From Candidatus Falkowbacteria bacterium (lineage in GTDB: Bacteria > Patescibacteriota > Patescibacteriia > CAIXNZ01), in contig CAVZGV010000006.1 of NCBI GenBank assembly GCA_963774955.1, positions 223,224 to 287,223 on the forward strand: 64,000 bases of DNA, in the 5' to 3' direction. How positions within the stretch are numbered: position 1 is the first letter of the stretch; the number at the start of each line of letters is the position of its first letter. The position numbers and the translations under genes are program-made. The notes below the pieces were generated by a model. It ran no database searches and was not told the origin of the DNA. It was given only the letters and a program-made list of their open reading frames with translations. This document shows positions 1 through 10,493 of this stretch, one piece after another.

Positions 1-1023
1 TCTTATTTTAATAACCAAATCTTCTTGATTCAAAACCTCAAAACTTAAACCCGACATATTATTAATGAAGACACTGCGTACACCCGCTAAATCAGCGGCG
101 ATTACCGGCTTAGCGCAGGCCATGGCTTCAATTAAAACTATGCCGAAAGCTTCAGATTGGTCAATTGATGGCAAAATAACCGCGTCAGCCAGATTATAAT
201 ATCTGGGTAAATCTGCATCTGAAACAGGGCCGGTAAAAAGAATCTGATCTAATAAAGCCAGATCCAGGACCTGCTTTTGATATTTGGCTTTCAAGTCGCC
301 GTCACCGACAATCAAAATTTTAATCTTATCTGAATCTAAATTTTTATAACTACTGATCAAAAATTCCAAACCTTTGAAATAATGCGCGCGGTCTAAACCG
401 CCAATAAAAAGCAAAATTTTATCATCCGGTTTAATTTTAAATTTACTCAATAAGTCCGGGTCCTTCGCGGTTGGGGAAAATTTATTCAAATCCACACCGG
501 GTGGAATAACCTCAAATTTTTGGGAATGGGTGTCAAATAAAGCCTTGATATCTGAATTTTGAGCATAATCCAGACTGGAAACAATTATTTTATCGGCACT
601 GGAAATTATCTTGGGCATTAAAAATCTGTTATATAGCCTGAAAACTATTTTTTTTAATCCCGTACCCAAAACATCCATCTGATAATTTATTACTAATTTC
701 AGCCGTTCTTTTTCCTGCCTTTTTAAACCCCAAATAACTTCCGCGCCGCCAAAAAAAGGATAATGCAAATTAACAATATCAAAATCCTTAATTAACTTAC
801 CTAATTGGGGTAAAAATCCCGCATTCCCGAATTTAAACCAAGGCTTTAGGCGTACGACCTCAAACTCATCAAAACGCACATCATTATCTGATTTGTGATA
901 TAAAGGTGTAAAAACAGTCACCTGATGACCTAATTTTGACAAACCCAAGGCATAGTCATAAGCAACATTGCTGATACCGCCTTTATAGGGTTTAAATCTG
1001 CAGACGACCTGGGCTATCTTCAT
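1..1023 (-). CDS. Glycosyltransferase family 4 (GT1 group), 3'-truncated by window edge
   Basis: Own translation from ATG at 1023 going leftward: MKIAQVVCRFKPYKGGISNVAYDYALGLSKLGHQVTVF...LFTGPVSDADLPRYYNLADAVILPSIDQSEAFGIVLIEAMACAKPVIAADLAGVR, typical GT4 N-terminal glycine-rich and C-terminal E-x7-E region. ORF continues past position 1. Confidence 0.7.
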   Translation of the reverse strand, partial: MKIAQVVCRFKPYKGGISNVAYDYALGLSKLGHQVTVFTPLYHKSDNDVRFDEFEVVRLKPWFKFGNAGFLPQLGKLIKDFDIVNLHYPFFGGAEVIWGLKRQEKERLKLVINYQMDVLGTGLKKIVFRLYNRFLMPKIISSADKIIVSSLDYAQNSDIKALFDTHSQKFEVIPPGVDLNKFSPTAKDPDLLSKFKIKPDDKILLFIGGLDRAHYFKGLEFLISSYKNLDSDKIKILIVGDGDLKAKYQKQVLDLALLDQILFTGPVSDADLPRYYNLADAVILPSIDQSEAFGIVLIEAMACAKPVIAADLAGVRSVFINNMSGLSFEVLNQEDLVIKIR

Positions 1024-1165
1024 AAAATATTAAATACGAATTAATTACGAATATACTAATAAAATAAAAATTCGTATATTTGTAACGGATTCGTAATTTC
1101 GTAATATTATCAGATTATCAAATGCTTAATTATTTGCCAATAGGCTTTAAATTTAGCCTGATATC

Positions 1166-1194
1166 TTGCCAATTTAAATCAGCTCTGCTATAAT
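1166..1194 (+). promoter_or_regulatory. Sigma-70-like promoter (-35 TTGCCA, 17-bp spacer, -10 TATAAT) for ORF 1230..1439
   Basis: ttgccaatttaaatcagctctgctataat read directly. AAGGAGGG RBS at 1215-1222, 7 nt before ATG 1230. Confidence 0.4.
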
Positions 1195-1229
1195 TTGAAA
1201 TAAATTCGAAATTAAGGAGGGTAATAAAA

Positions 1230-1439
1230 ATGGGTAAAGTTCATGAGGCGGTACAGGCAATCCTTCAAATTCCTGGAGTCAATGAAAAGTTACAAGATCC
1301 CAAATGGACTTTTGAAGATTTATTGCTGGTACCTGGCGTTGCCGAAGAGCTGGAGAAACGCAAAACAAGAAAATTCTCCTTGGAAGTGCCGTCTCAGTTA
1401 ATTCTCAGACGAACAAATCAAAAAGCGCTGCCAAGATAG
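1230..1439 (+). CDS. Small hypothetical protein (69 aa)
   Basis: ORF with strong RBS and upstream promoter-like hexamers. No recognisable family. Confidence 0.4.
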   Translation: MGKVHEAVQAILQIPGVNEKLQDPKWTFEDLLLVPGVAEELEKRKTRKFSLEVPSQLILRRTNQKALPR

Positions 1440-1449
1440 TGGGAAATTA

Positions 1450-2496
1450 CTACCAAAAAATCAGTCGTCTGATTAATCGCCAATACAGGTCAAAAACCGG
1501 ATTGGCGATTTTTTTTAAGAGCCAGTTATCAATTTCCTGATTTTCAATTTTCCCGGAAAACATCTTGACCACTTCTTTATCCTTTTTTAGCCTGACGCTG
1601 TCCTTTCTCCGTCTGCCCAGTCTGATTCTTTTCCAATTAAACATATTCAAAAACCAAAAATATACTTTTAATTTTTCTTTCCAAAATCCCGATTTAATGG
1701 CGAATAAAAATAAGCCCAGTTCCATAACAATTAAAGCCGGTAAAATCAAAAGCAAAGTAACCAATTTGTAATTTTCCAATAAACAGATAAAACGGTTACG
1801 TTCCATCCAAAAATATTGTTTAATGCTTTTGGCAAACTGATATTTGTGATAAACCACGGCTTCGGGCACAACCAAGATTTTATAGCCGGCCAAGCGAGCT
1901 CGCCAGCCAAAATCCAAATCCTCGTGATACATAAAAAAATCCGGCGCAAATAAGCCGAGTTTAACAATCACTTCTTTTTTAATCAGCAAAGCCGCGCCCG
2001 AACCATAAGTTATTTCCGCAGGTGTTAAAACACCGTTAAACTCTTTGTTAGCGCCCAGAGAATAGCCAAAGCCCAGATAATGGATCTGATTGCCTAAGGA
2101 ATTAATCTTTGTTTTATCGCTCCAAAGCATAAGCCGCGCCTGCACTGCGCCTATTTGCGGATCAGCTTCGGCTACGGCAACCAGTTTTGACAAAAAATCC
2201 GGCTGACTAACAGTATCATCATTGATTAAAAGCAAATATTCATAGCCTAATTTAAAAACATAATCAGCGGCTTTGTTATTGCCGGCGGCAAAACCCAGAT
2301 TCTGATTATTAACAATGACCTTAACTTGAGGAAATTTATTTTTGACATAATTGACTGAATCATCCGCAGAAGCATTATCAAAGAAAAAAATCTGATAGTC
2401 AGCCCTAGGATAATCAAGAGATAATAAACTGCCCAGGCAATCATCCAGATGTCTGGTGCTGTTATACCCGAGAATTATAATAGCGACCTTTGGCAT
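1450..2496 (-). CDS. Glycosyltransferase family 2 with C-terminal transmembrane region
   Basis: N-terminus MPKVAIIILGYNSTRHLDDCLGSLL...FFFDNASADDS (GT2 DxD-type fold signature). C-terminal hydrophobic helices. Confidence 0.8.
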   Translation of the reverse strand: MPKVAIIILGYNSTRHLDDCLGSLLSLDYPRADYQIFFFDNASADDSVNYVKNKFPQVKVIVNNQNLGFAAGNNKAADYVFKLGYEYLLLINDDTVSQPDFLSKLVAVAEADPQIGAVQARLMLWSDKTKINSLGNQIHYLGFGYSLGANKEFNGVLTPAEITYGSGAALLIKKEVIVKLGLFAPDFFMYHEDLDFGWRARLAGYKILVVPEAVVYHKYQFAKSIKQYFWMERNRFICLLENYKLVTLLLILPALIVMELGLFLFAIKSGFWKEKLKVYFWFLNMFNWKRIRLGRRRKDSVRLKKDKEVVKMFSGKIENQEIDNWLLKKIANPVFDLYWRLIRRLIFW

Positions 2497-2552
2497 ATTA
2501 ATTATTTTTAAATCTCCTCCCCGCGATCTGTGGGGAGGAGAAAAGAAATGTC

Positions 2553-3584
2553 TTAATCTTTTATATTTCCGACATTATTCCAATTGACCATCACCCGATG
2601 AGCTTTGCCGTAAAGCACTGTTTCTTCCAGACCTTTTTGCAGAGTCATGATTGGAAACCATAACAGTCTATCCTTGGCCTGGGTAATATCCGGAATGCCT
2701 AATTTGGTCATGAACAAGAGTGAATCAGCATAATGTATTTCCGACTTGGAATTGGTCATTTTAATTATTTTCTGAGCAATTTCTGAAACTTTATGTTCCT
2801 CGGGACTGCCGACATTGTAAGGCCCTGCTTCAGCCGAAGCCATCATTTTAATGCTAGCATCAATAACATCGCTAATATAACATAACGTGGTGGTAAAATT
2901 TTCATCTCCGTAAATAATCAAAGGCTGACTATCTAAAGCCGCCACAATAAAATCAGGAATCATATGTCCGACAAAAAGAGGCATCCGCGGACCATAAGTG
3001 GTAAATATTCTTAAAATTTTGGCGTCCAGATTATAATATTGGCGATAAGTATAAACTAAAGTCTCGGCAAATCTTTTACCTTCATCATAACAAGCCCGGG
3101 GAGTCAGCGGTGATAACGGATAATACTTGCCTTCTGTCATGGTCGGCTCCTGATCATTACGCGGGCCATAAACAACCGAAGATGAATAATGCAGAATTTT
3201 TGCCTTATATTTTAAAGCCAGCTCTAAGGCTCTAATTGTGCCGATTGAATTTGTCTGGGCTGACAGAATGACATTTTTATTAAAATCTTTGGGCGCGGTG
3301 GGACAGGCTAAATTATAAATTTCCTGAATGCCCTGAAATTTTACCTGGAATCTTTCCAATTCATTATATTTCTCTAAATCAACAAGATTATTTACATCAT
3401 CATTAATAAAGATAAAATTTTCGTTTTGCAATAAATGATCAATATTTTCCCGCCTGCCTGAAATAAAGTTATCAATGCAGATAACCTGATTGTCCTTAAC
3501 TAATTTATCGCAAAGATGTGAACCAATAAATCCGGCCCCACCCAAGATTAAAATGTTTTTCTTTTCAAATGCGCTTTTAGCCAT
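2553..3584 (-). CDS. NAD-dependent epimerase/dehydratase, UDP-glucuronate decarboxylase (UXS)-like
   Basis: GGAGFIGSHLCDKL Rossmann motif. YDEGKRFAETL matches the UXS/ArnA-type catalytic YxxxK context. Confidence 0.7.
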   Translation of the reverse strand: MAKSAFEKKNILILGGAGFIGSHLCDKLVKDNQVICIDNFISGRRENIDHLLQNENFIFINDDVNNLVDLEKYNELERFQVKFQGIQEIYNLACPTAPKDFNKNVILSAQTNSIGTIRALELALKYKAKILHYSSSVVYGPRNDQEPTMTEGKYYPLSPLTPRACYDEGKRFAETLVYTYRQYYNLDAKILRIFTTYGPRMPLFVGHMIPDFIVAALDSQPLIIYGDENFTTTLCYISDVIDASIKMMASAEAGPYNVGSPEEHKVSEIAQKIIKMTNSKSEIHYADSLLFMTKLGIPDITQAKDRLLWFPIMTLQKGLEETVLYGKAHRVMVNWNNVGNIKD

Positions 3585-3723
3585 ATTAATATAATTTATT
3601 TGTAAAAATAGCGAAAATAATACTAATCGCTTAATGTAATTTTATCAAAATGTTACACAAAAAGAAAGCCCTATTTATTTGGCTAACTTTAAACAAAACA
3701 AGACTATGAATAATGTCCAATAC

Positions 3724-4128
3724 TCATGGCTGACGGAAAGTCCAGAACTTATTAGCGCCAAAGTTCCAAAACATCCCGACTGCCACGGCTACAACCTTGG
3801 CCGGCAAATCATCTACCTTGGCAAGATGAACCAGGCCAAAAACAATGCCATTATTCAGGAAAAAATAGACGAAATTGACCAGGGTAAATTTTACGAGCTG
3901 AACTTTATGGTTGGTGTCCTTATTTTTAAAGGTCCAGTATTTATTAAAAATATAACTGCTGGACATGGCCGTAAAAACAGAAATAACATTGGCCGCTAAA
4001 TAGTATAAGCCGATTATTCTGGTAAAAAACAGATAGATCAAAAAATCAATCAAAGTATTGGCCACGCCGACCAGACAGAATTTCACAAACTGCCGCGTTG
4101 TTTGATGTTTATAAATTTTATTTAACAT
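3724..4128 (-). CDS. GtrA-family polysaccharide synthesis membrane protein
   Basis: 134 aa, 4 predicted TM helices, FVKFCLVGVANTLIDFLIY...NFGANKFWTF pattern typical of GtrA. Confidence 0.6.
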   Translation of the reverse strand: MLNKIYKHQTTRQFVKFCLVGVANTLIDFLIYLFFTRIIGLYYLAANVISVFTAMSSSYIFNKYWTFKNKDTNHKVQLVKFTLVNFVYFFLNNGIVFGLVHLAKVDDLPAKVVAVAVGMFWNFGANKFWTFRQP

Positions 4129-4193
4129 ATTTTTACTACTTACAGTTCCCCCTTTTCAAAGGGTAATTATTGAAAAGGTTACTTAGAGGAAAA

Positions 4194-5765
4194 TCAAATT
4201 CCCTTGTCAAAATCGATTGAAGTTACCGCGTTTTTTTCTGCCAGAGGATCGTAAGTTCCCAAAGCTAAAATAGGATCACCGAATTTATAATTAGCCAGCA
4301 AGCTGTCACTGATATCAATAATCTCTGTTTGCCAGTTTACGCCATAAATGGCCAGCGCCAGGTCCTGGGTACTTAACCAACGTAAAGTACCGCCTCTGGA
4401 GACGGCATAGACCTTGGGATCAGTGGTAATTTTCACCAAACTCCCGGGACGATAAGTAACAATTCCGCCTAAAACATATGAGGCCAAGACACTATCTGAA
4501 ACTGGTTTAACACTGCTAAAATTGCCATACCAACTCAAAAAAGTGGCGGTATCCATAAAAGCATAACGTTTGTTATTAGCACCCAGGTAATAAATTGTGG
4601 TAGACGAGCCTTTGACCAGCTTATTAGCCGCCAGACTCATATTCTGAAAAATTTTAGTAGGATCAATAAGGCCGCTGCCTAATTTACCGACAAAACCAGG
4701 ATTTATAGAATCAATATTATCAGCATTATTTAAAATAATATCTTTAATCTGCGTATTAGTCAGGCTGCTATTGGCTGATTTTATCAAAGCGGCTATGCCC
4801 GAAACTACAGGGGTAGATAAAGAAGTTCCGGAAAAACCACCATCATAATATAAATCGAATTCTGACACATTTTCGCTTTTAACTATAGTACCGAAAAACT
4901 CCTTGCCCGGAGCAATAATATCCACACAATCTGACCCGTAATTGGAAAAAGGCGCCAATTTATTTAGTTGATCGCTGGCGCCGACACCGATTATTATATC
5001 AGTACCATCTTCAGCCCGATGACAAACCGGATACATCGGCGTCAGGTCAAGATTAGTAGAATGTCCTTCAAAATCTTCGTTACCGGCGGCAGCCACCAAA
5101 ACTAAACCGGCTTTATAAGCTCTTTCCAAGGCTAATTCCAAATCAGAATCATAGGTATCGCCCACAAAACTGAAATTTATAATATCAGCTCCGTTATCTA
5201 CGGCATAATCGATGGCCCGGATAACATCAATCGTATTACCGCTGCCATTTTCATTCAGAACTCGTAACGGCATTATTTTACTGCGCCAGGAAATGCCTGT
5301 AATCCCCAAATTATTATTGCCGACAGCCGCGGCTACGCCGCTGATCATGGTCCCATGAAAAACCGCTTCAGCCACACAGGTTTTACGTTCAACGCAATTT
5401 TTGTCAAATTTTGGTGAGGGATCATTGTTATTTTCCACAAAATCCCAGCCACTGATATCATCAATATAGCCGTTTTTATCATTATCTATGCCGTCGCCCA
5501 GAATTTCAGCCTGATTAACCCAAATATTATCATGTAAATCTGGATGGGAAACGTCAATGCCCGAATCAATTATAGCAATCACTGTTTCTGATTTACCGCT
5601 TTCCAAAACCCAGATATTGGGCATTTGTAAATCATCTAAATACCACTGTCTACTGAAAAACGGATCATTAGGCACTAAGCCGGCGGCCAAACAAAAATTA
5701 GCCGTCACCAAAAGGCCGGCCATGATAAATACAGTTAATATTTTGCTAAAAAAACTTCTCGTCAT
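4194..5765 (-). CDS. Secreted subtilisin-like serine protease (peptidase S8) with C-terminal shared surface domain
   Basis: Signal/TM N-terminus. Catalytic triad contexts DSGIDVSHPDL (Asp), HGTMISGVAAA (His), GTSLSTPVVSGIAALI (Ser). C-terminal ~110 aa (YYLGANNKRYAF...LVKITTDPKVYAV...GTLRWL) shared with four other ORFs. Confidence 0.85.
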   Translation of the reverse strand: MTRSFFSKILTVFIMAGLLVTANFCLAAGLVPNDPFFSRQWYLDDLQMPNIWVLESGKSETVIAIIDSGIDVSHPDLHDNIWVNQAEILGDGIDNDKNGYIDDISGWDFVENNNDPSPKFDKNCVERKTCVAEAVFHGTMISGVAAAVGNNNLGITGISWRSKIMPLRVLNENGSGNTIDVIRAIDYAVDNGADIINFSFVGDTYDSDLELALERAYKAGLVLVAAAGNEDFEGHSTNLDLTPMYPVCHRAEDGTDIIIGVGASDQLNKLAPFSNYGSDCVDIIAPGKEFFGTIVKSENVSEFDLYYDGGFSGTSLSTPVVSGIAALIKSANSSLTNTQIKDIILNNADNIDSINPGFVGKLGSGLIDPTKIFQNMSLAANKLVKGSSTTIYYLGANNKRYAFMDTATFLSWYGNFSSVKPVSDSVLASYVLGGIVTYRPGSLVKITTDPKVYAVSRGGTLRWLSTQDLALAIYGVNWQTEIIDISDSLLANYKFGDPILALGTYDPLAEKNAVTSIDFDKGI

Positions 5766-5816
5766 ATTCTATCCCCCTCCTAGAATTAGGAGGGGTCTAA
5801 GAGGTAAAATTTTCAT

Positions 5817-7472
5817 TTAGTGATTGACACAAATCCCTTTATCCACATCAATTCTTGTGGCCGCAGCAGATACAGTCTGAACATTATAATCGCTTAAAGA
5901 ATTTATCGGACTGCCCATTTTGTAATTGACGAAAAAAGAATCAGCTACGTCATTGATCTTTGTTGTCCAATTGCTGCCGTATAAGCTAACCGCTAAACTT
6001 TCAGTTGAAATCCATCTTAAAGTACCGCTGTTATCAACGGCATAAACCTTGGGATCTGTGGTGATTTTCACCAGTTTGACGCCGGGCTTAAAAGTAACAT
6101 TGCCGCCGATCATAATGGAGGCCAAATCAGCATCAGTAATGATCTTGACGTCTTTAAAATCACTGTACCAGCTTAAATAAACATCCTGATTGGGAAAAAC
6201 ATAACGTTTACCGTTACAGGCATAAAAATAAATCGCCGGAGTGGAGGCTTTGATCAGATCGCCGGCATTAATGCCTAAATTTTTTGACTCCGCAGTAACC
6301 GCGCTAATGAGCAAAGTTTGGATTATTTGGTCATCAACCTTAATCGCAATTGTATTGGAACCGATTGATGTTGCTCTGGCTTCAAAAGTAATTTTACCGG
6401 TACTATCAGATTTATCATTAGGCAAGGAAATAATCATATCTTTCGTATCAATTTTTTCAACTGTAATCTGACGATTTACAATCGGCTCATTGCTAGTGTC
6501 CTTTAATATGACAGTAATCGTCGCTTTATCAAGGCCGTCATTTATAATACTGGTTTTATCGCTACTGACCGTAGAATTGGTCAGGGACAACATCTGCAGG
6601 CTGACAGATACTGTAATATTCTCTGTCTGACCATAATTACCATTACCATCCCGACTTTGGATGTTGACAGTATGCTCCCCTTCGGTAATATCCGGCCAGT
6701 TATAATTCCAGGAATAATTAGTAGTATCCAAATTATCTATTATGTTTACGGGTTGATTATCAATATATATATTCAATTCTTTGATATAGGTATTACCCTG
6801 GTCGCGGGTCATGCCTTCAATTGTAAAATGACTGTTATTAATAACTGCGCCGTCAGCCAAATTAGTAATTACCGATTTTGGAGCTAAAGCATCAACGCTA
6901 TAAGTGGAAATCACCTGGGAATTAGTATTAACGATATTTGCATCGGTTGGACCGTTATTACCTGAATCCATAAAAATGCCCAGATCGCCGATGTCAAAGC
7001 TGCCATTACTGTTATTATCGGTCAAATAAGGAATCTGCATCTGAATTGTCGCACCAAGAGTGAGCGTGCTGTAAGTTTCAACTGAAATAAAAAACTCCTC
7101 GTGATCAGTAATCTTTTCCGATAAATTTTCAATATACCAACTCTGAGAACCTGTGGCATAAAGTAATTTGCCGATTTTACGGTCAACGCCCATACCTTGA
7201 AATCCCACCGGACCAGCATCTGACCATAAAATCATATTGCTGATCTGTTTAATATAATCAGCCGTACCCATATTTTTTAAACCCAAAGCTTTGAGCGTAT
7301 CAGTATTGGTGGTCAGAATACTAAAATCCAGGACCAGATTATCAAAAGTTCCCCGGTAAAAAGTGGTATAAGGCGCTTCAGAATTAACCACTGATTTAGA
7401 ATCAAAGGCAGAAACACTTGAACCTAAAAACAGGGTCATTAAAATTAAACTCAAAATAAAAATCTTACGCAT
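5817..7472 (-). CDS. Secreted Ig-like (Big) domain protein with C-terminal shared surface domain
   Basis: Signal peptide MRKIFILSLILMTLFLGSSVSA. Central beta-rich Big-like segments. C-terminus AIYFYACNGKRYVFPNQDVYLSWYSDF...LVKITTDPKVYAVDNSGTLRWIS = shared domain. Confidence 0.6.
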   Translation of the reverse strand: MRKIFILSLILMTLFLGSSVSAFDSKSVVNSEAPYTTFYRGTFDNLVLDFSILTTNTDTLKALGLKNMGTADYIKQISNMILWSDAGPVGFQGMGVDRKIGKLLYATGSQSWYIENLSEKITDHEEFFISVETYSTLTLGATIQMQIPYLTDNNSNGSFDIGDLGIFMDSGNNGPTDANIVNTNSQVISTYSVDALAPKSVITNLADGAVINNSHFTIEGMTRDQGNTYIKELNIYIDNQPVNIIDNLDTTNYSWNYNWPDITEGEHTVNIQSRDGNGNYGQTENITVSVSLQMLSLTNSTVSSDKTSIINDGLDKATITVILKDTSNEPIVNRQITVEKIDTKDMIISLPNDKSDSTGKITFEARATSIGSNTIAIKVDDQIIQTLLISAVTAESKNLGINAGDLIKASTPAIYFYACNGKRYVFPNQDVYLSWYSDFKDVKIITDADLASIMIGGNVTFKPGVKLVKITTDPKVYAVDNSGTLRWISTESLAVSLYGSNWTTKINDVADSFFVNYKMGSPINSLSDYNVQTVSAAATRIDVDKGICVNH

Positions 7473-7503
7473 AGTTTTTTTGTTATGTTATAAATTTATA
7501 TAA

Positions 7504-7827
7504 TTAAACTTGATATTTAAGATTGATCGGATTATTCCTGTCTTCAGCCCATTTACCAGGGTTACAAAATATATATTCACGCTTGATAGATAATTCATTT
7601 TCGTCCCGGATGACTCGGTCGTGGAACGATTTTTGCCAAGAAAAATGAAAATTATTTTGTATCTTATTTATACCTCGCGACGAAAACGTCTTTAAGGCTC
7701 TTACAATCTCGGACAACCCATGCGTCGTAGGGAACGGTTTTAAACCGTTCCCTACGTCGGTCGGGTCAAAATAATTTTCATTCTCGAATATTTCAATAAT
7801 ACCATGGAAATGATTGGGCATTACCAC
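7504..7827 (-). pseudogene. 5'-truncated IS200/IS605-family (RAYT-like) HUH tyrosine transposase remnant
   Basis: Begins at the HUH motif (MPNHFHGII) and keeps the C-terminal SFHDRVIRDENEL...YIFCNPGKW. Lacks the ~75 N-terminal residues present in paralog 10494..11126. Contains an in-frame GTAG...CTAC palindrome. Confidence 0.6.
7727..7755. repeat. Palindrome GTAGGGAACGGTTTTAAACCGTTCCCTAC embedded in the RAYT remnant coding sequence
   Basis: Read directly. Arms GTAGGGAACGG / CCGTTCCCTAC are reverse complements. The same arms occur in the intact RAYT gene at 10727..10754. Confidence 0.8.
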
Positions 7828-7853
7828 CCATAAATCGGCAATCCCCGCAATCT

Positions 7854-7874
7854 CCCCTCCTTACAAAGGAGGGG
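7854..7874. repeat. REP-like hairpin CCCCTCC-TTACAAA-GGAGGGG
   Basis: Perfect 7-bp stem. One of at least five similar C/G-run hairpins with TTNNNCAA loops in this window. Confidence 0.5.
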
Positions 7875-8067
7875 TTCGGGGGAGGTTCTCGGAGACGTGT
7901 TCAACTCCCTCTCTTTATCCCTCTTATCTAAAAGGGAGATTATAGAAAACAAACATTTAAAATTTTTATCCCTGCCAACGGTTTAATTTACGGTCTATTT
8001 CTCTCCCCATTTTATATATTTTGCTTATCTATATTTTACCACAAAATCCCACTTTTCGCACTAATAT

Positions 8068-8100
8068 CCTCGGGACAAAAAAAGAACCCCATTTCTGGGA
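8068..8100 (-). terminator. Rho-independent terminator for ORF 8130..8387
   Basis: Minus strand reads gaaTCCCAgaaaTGGGgttc followed by TTTTTTT. Confidence 0.4.
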
Positions 8101-8129
8101 TTCTTTTATATTCTAATCGGTAAAATTTA

Positions 8130-8387
8130 TTATGACTGCACAGTCTGCAGTCGCTTTACTTTTATCTGAATAATCCTACTCAAAGTAATCTTTATCCCGA
8201 TTAAGTCATCTTCAATTTTGCCTAATCTCTCCTCAATACTAACCAAACTCCGATCATTTGGATCTAATTTTTGATGCAATTTCGAATCTAAGACCTTATT
8301 AAATATTATTTTAATTTGTTTTAAATCCTCTTTTTCCAACATATTATAAGGTTTAATTATTGTGTTCACATTATACCCAATTCTCAA
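8130..8387 (-). CDS. Hypothetical protein (85 aa)
   Basis: ORF with a terminator downstream. No recognisable family. Confidence 0.3.
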   Translation of the reverse strand: MRIGYNVNTIIKPYNMLEKEDLKQIKIIFNKVLDSKLHQKLDPNDRSLVSIEERLGKIEDDLIGIKITLSRIIQIKVKRLQTVQS

Positions 8388-8419
8388 ATATGATTCAAGG
8401 TCCTACTTGAAAGCAGTTT

Positions 8420-10390
8420 TTAGCGTGCCAAGACATTGGCATAAATTCCTGGCTGAAAAACATACTGAGCAAAAGCATAATTACCGCTGCCGTCAATACT
8501 AAAATCCAAATTGGCCGCATTGGAATTGTCCAAAGACAGCTGAATTGAATTACCGTTGGTATTGGCGCCGGTTGTATCCGCGTATATATATAATTTCTTA
8601 GTCGCGCCCGGACCGATTTGCAGACTGCCGGGGTTACCAAAGGTAAAAGTTACACTGTTGGCGGCGCAGACATCAACTGCCTGGGTGTCTAAGACCGTAC
8701 CATTTTCATCCTGAAGCACCAGACTATTGCCTAGACCTGCAGTACAACTGCTGCCAATATTTACAGTTAATTTATTGGCAATAGCCGTAGTATTATTGAT
8801 GGCGCTTAGGAAATCAACTTCTTTAGCCGTATCAGCAGTTACGTCAAAAATTGCCAGTAAGGTTTTAGTACCTGGCACTAAAACCTGCTTTGGAGAAGAG
8901 TCATCCAGGCTGAAATAAGGATATGAAGCTAAAACATAATAGGTTTTGGAATCAGTAACTGCGCTACCCGTGATTTTCTGGCCTGAAGCTTTGCCCGTGG
9001 CTTCAATATCGGTTCCTGCGGCAACAACGGCTTTCAAGGCATCACCGTTTTGGACTGTAACTCCGTCAACTCCCACAGCATCAACGGCCACGGTCACGGT
9101 CACGCTCTGGCTATAGGTAATAATTACTGTACCTGCAGTTATCTGAAATCTGACTTTTTTAGTTACCGGATCCATAATCCCGCTGGCCACCGGTTCATTC
9201 AGTGATTTCCCATCGCTTCTTTTGGCAGAATATAAATACCAGGTAGTCGCTACTTTGCCAGTGCCTGTATCTGTTATAGTCACGCTATTTAACTCCATAT
9301 CTTCAGCCTGGCCGGCTGTAATTTTAAATGAAGCCACGCCTTGTTTGGCGCGACCGCCGATTAAAACCCCTTCCGGCGGTATCATAAGATTAGTATCTAA
9401 ACCGGAATAAGTCCCGCCCATATAATTCCCCACCAATGGGAAATTACCGTTAACTGTTCCGGCTGCCAGGACCAGATCATTGACCGACTCAATACCCAGG
9501 GCAATGGTCCGACCGCTAGAAGCGGTCGGATTGAGACTGGCTTCAATCGTTAAGACTGTGGGATTACTGGGGACCACAATCAAACTGGGGCTGAAATTAA
9601 TCACCGCTTTATTATTAGCGCCCAAACCCGCAGAATTGCCCAGCTGAGTGCCTGTCGAGGTCACGATTTTAATATTATTAACATCACTATTGGAGCTTAA
9701 GCCGTAACGCATAACCTGAATTGATTTAACCTCCGTGGTTTCAGTCGCCTGTAAAACTATTTTGGTAAAATCAGCGATTACTCCGGTCGCCAGATTAGCG
9801 GCAGCCGGTGTATCAGAGGCTAAAGACACGTTCAAAGTACCGCCCGTAGGTACAGCAATCAGTCTGTCAGCTGAAATTGAGGTGGCCGTGCTGGTAGAGG
9901 TAGTTGGATTATAATCTAAATTATTATTTATCGGTGCACCCACAGTGTAATTGATAAAAAAGGCGTCAGAGACGTCTGTAACCAGGCTCCCCCAATTACT
10001 GCCATACAATGTTTCAGCAACAATTGAAGTTGTCAGCCAGCGCAAAGTCCCGCCCTTATCAACCGCATAAACCTTCGGATCCGTGGTAATTTTGACCAAT
10101 TTAACACCCGGCCGAAAAGTCACATTACCGCCGATGGTAATGGCCGCCAATTCCCCGTCGGTTATTTTTTTAACATTGGAAAAATCAGAATACCAGGTTT
10201 TATAGGTATCTTCATTGGGAAAAACATAGCGTTTGCCGTCAGCGCCATAATAATAAACCGAAGGGTTGCTGGCTTTAATCAGATTACCGGAAACCAAAGT
10301 GGCCGCCTGCGCTGTCTGAACCATCGAACCCAGTCCGATTGACCAAATTACGGTCAGGATTAAAACGAAAAAATTTAATTTTTTGGGCAT
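8420..10390 (-). CDS. Secreted surface protein (656 aa) with N-terminal shared domain, paralog of 11495..14995
   Basis: Signal peptide MPKKLNFFVLILTVIWSIGLGSMVQTAQA. Residues ~30-145 = shared domain. About 300 aa N-terminal similarity to the 1166-aa protein. Thr/Ser/Gly/Asn-rich beta-type repeats. Confidence 0.7.
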   Translation of the reverse strand: MPKKLNFFVLILTVIWSIGLGSMVQTAQAATLVSGNLIKASNPSVYYYGADGKRYVFPNEDTYKTWYSDFSNVKKITDGELAAITIGGNVTFRPGVKLVKITTDPKVYAVDKGGTLRWLTTSIVAETLYGSNWGSLVTDVSDAFFINYTVGAPINNNLDYNPTTSTSTATSISADRLIAVPTGGTLNVSLASDTPAAANLATGVIADFTKIVLQATETTEVKSIQVMRYGLSSNSDVNNIKIVTSTGTQLGNSAGLGANNKAVINFSPSLIVVPSNPTVLTIEASLNPTASSGRTIALGIESVNDLVLAAGTVNGNFPLVGNYMGGTYSGLDTNLMIPPEGVLIGGRAKQGVASFKITAGQAEDMELNSVTITDTGTGKVATTWYLYSAKRSDGKSLNEPVASGIMDPVTKKVRFQITAGTVIITYSQSVTVTVAVDAVGVDGVTVQNGDALKAVVAAGTDIEATGKASGQKITGSAVTDSKTYYVLASYPYFSLDDSSPKQVLVPGTKTLLAIFDVTADTAKEVDFLSAINNTTAIANKLTVNIGSSCTAGLGNSLVLQDENGTVLDTQAVDVCAANSVTFTFGNPGSLQIGPGATKKLYIYADTTGANTNGNSIQLSLDNSNAANLDFSIDGSGNYAFAQYVFQPGIYANVLAR

Positions 10391-10418
10391 AGAATTGTTT
10401 ATTTATTTAAATTTTGCC

Positions 10419-10448
10419 TGCCCGCCGTAGCCTTGGCGTAGGCGGGTT
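10419..10448. repeat. Hairpin GCCCGCC-GTAGCCTTGGCGTA-GGCGGGT (GTAG-loop hairpin family)
   Basis: Read directly. 14-nt loop related to loops at 17255, 32277, 32396 and 45961 (consensus RTAGCYTYRGCGWA), with different but complementary stems. Confidence 0.6.
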
Positions 10449-10493
10449 ATTTGGTATTTTAATATTTGTTATTCTTTTGATATTTGAGATTTG

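Noticed and set aside
8395-8640. 81-aa ORF overlapping the C-terminus of 8420..10390
   Set aside because: Alternate frame of the surface protein gene. No independent support.
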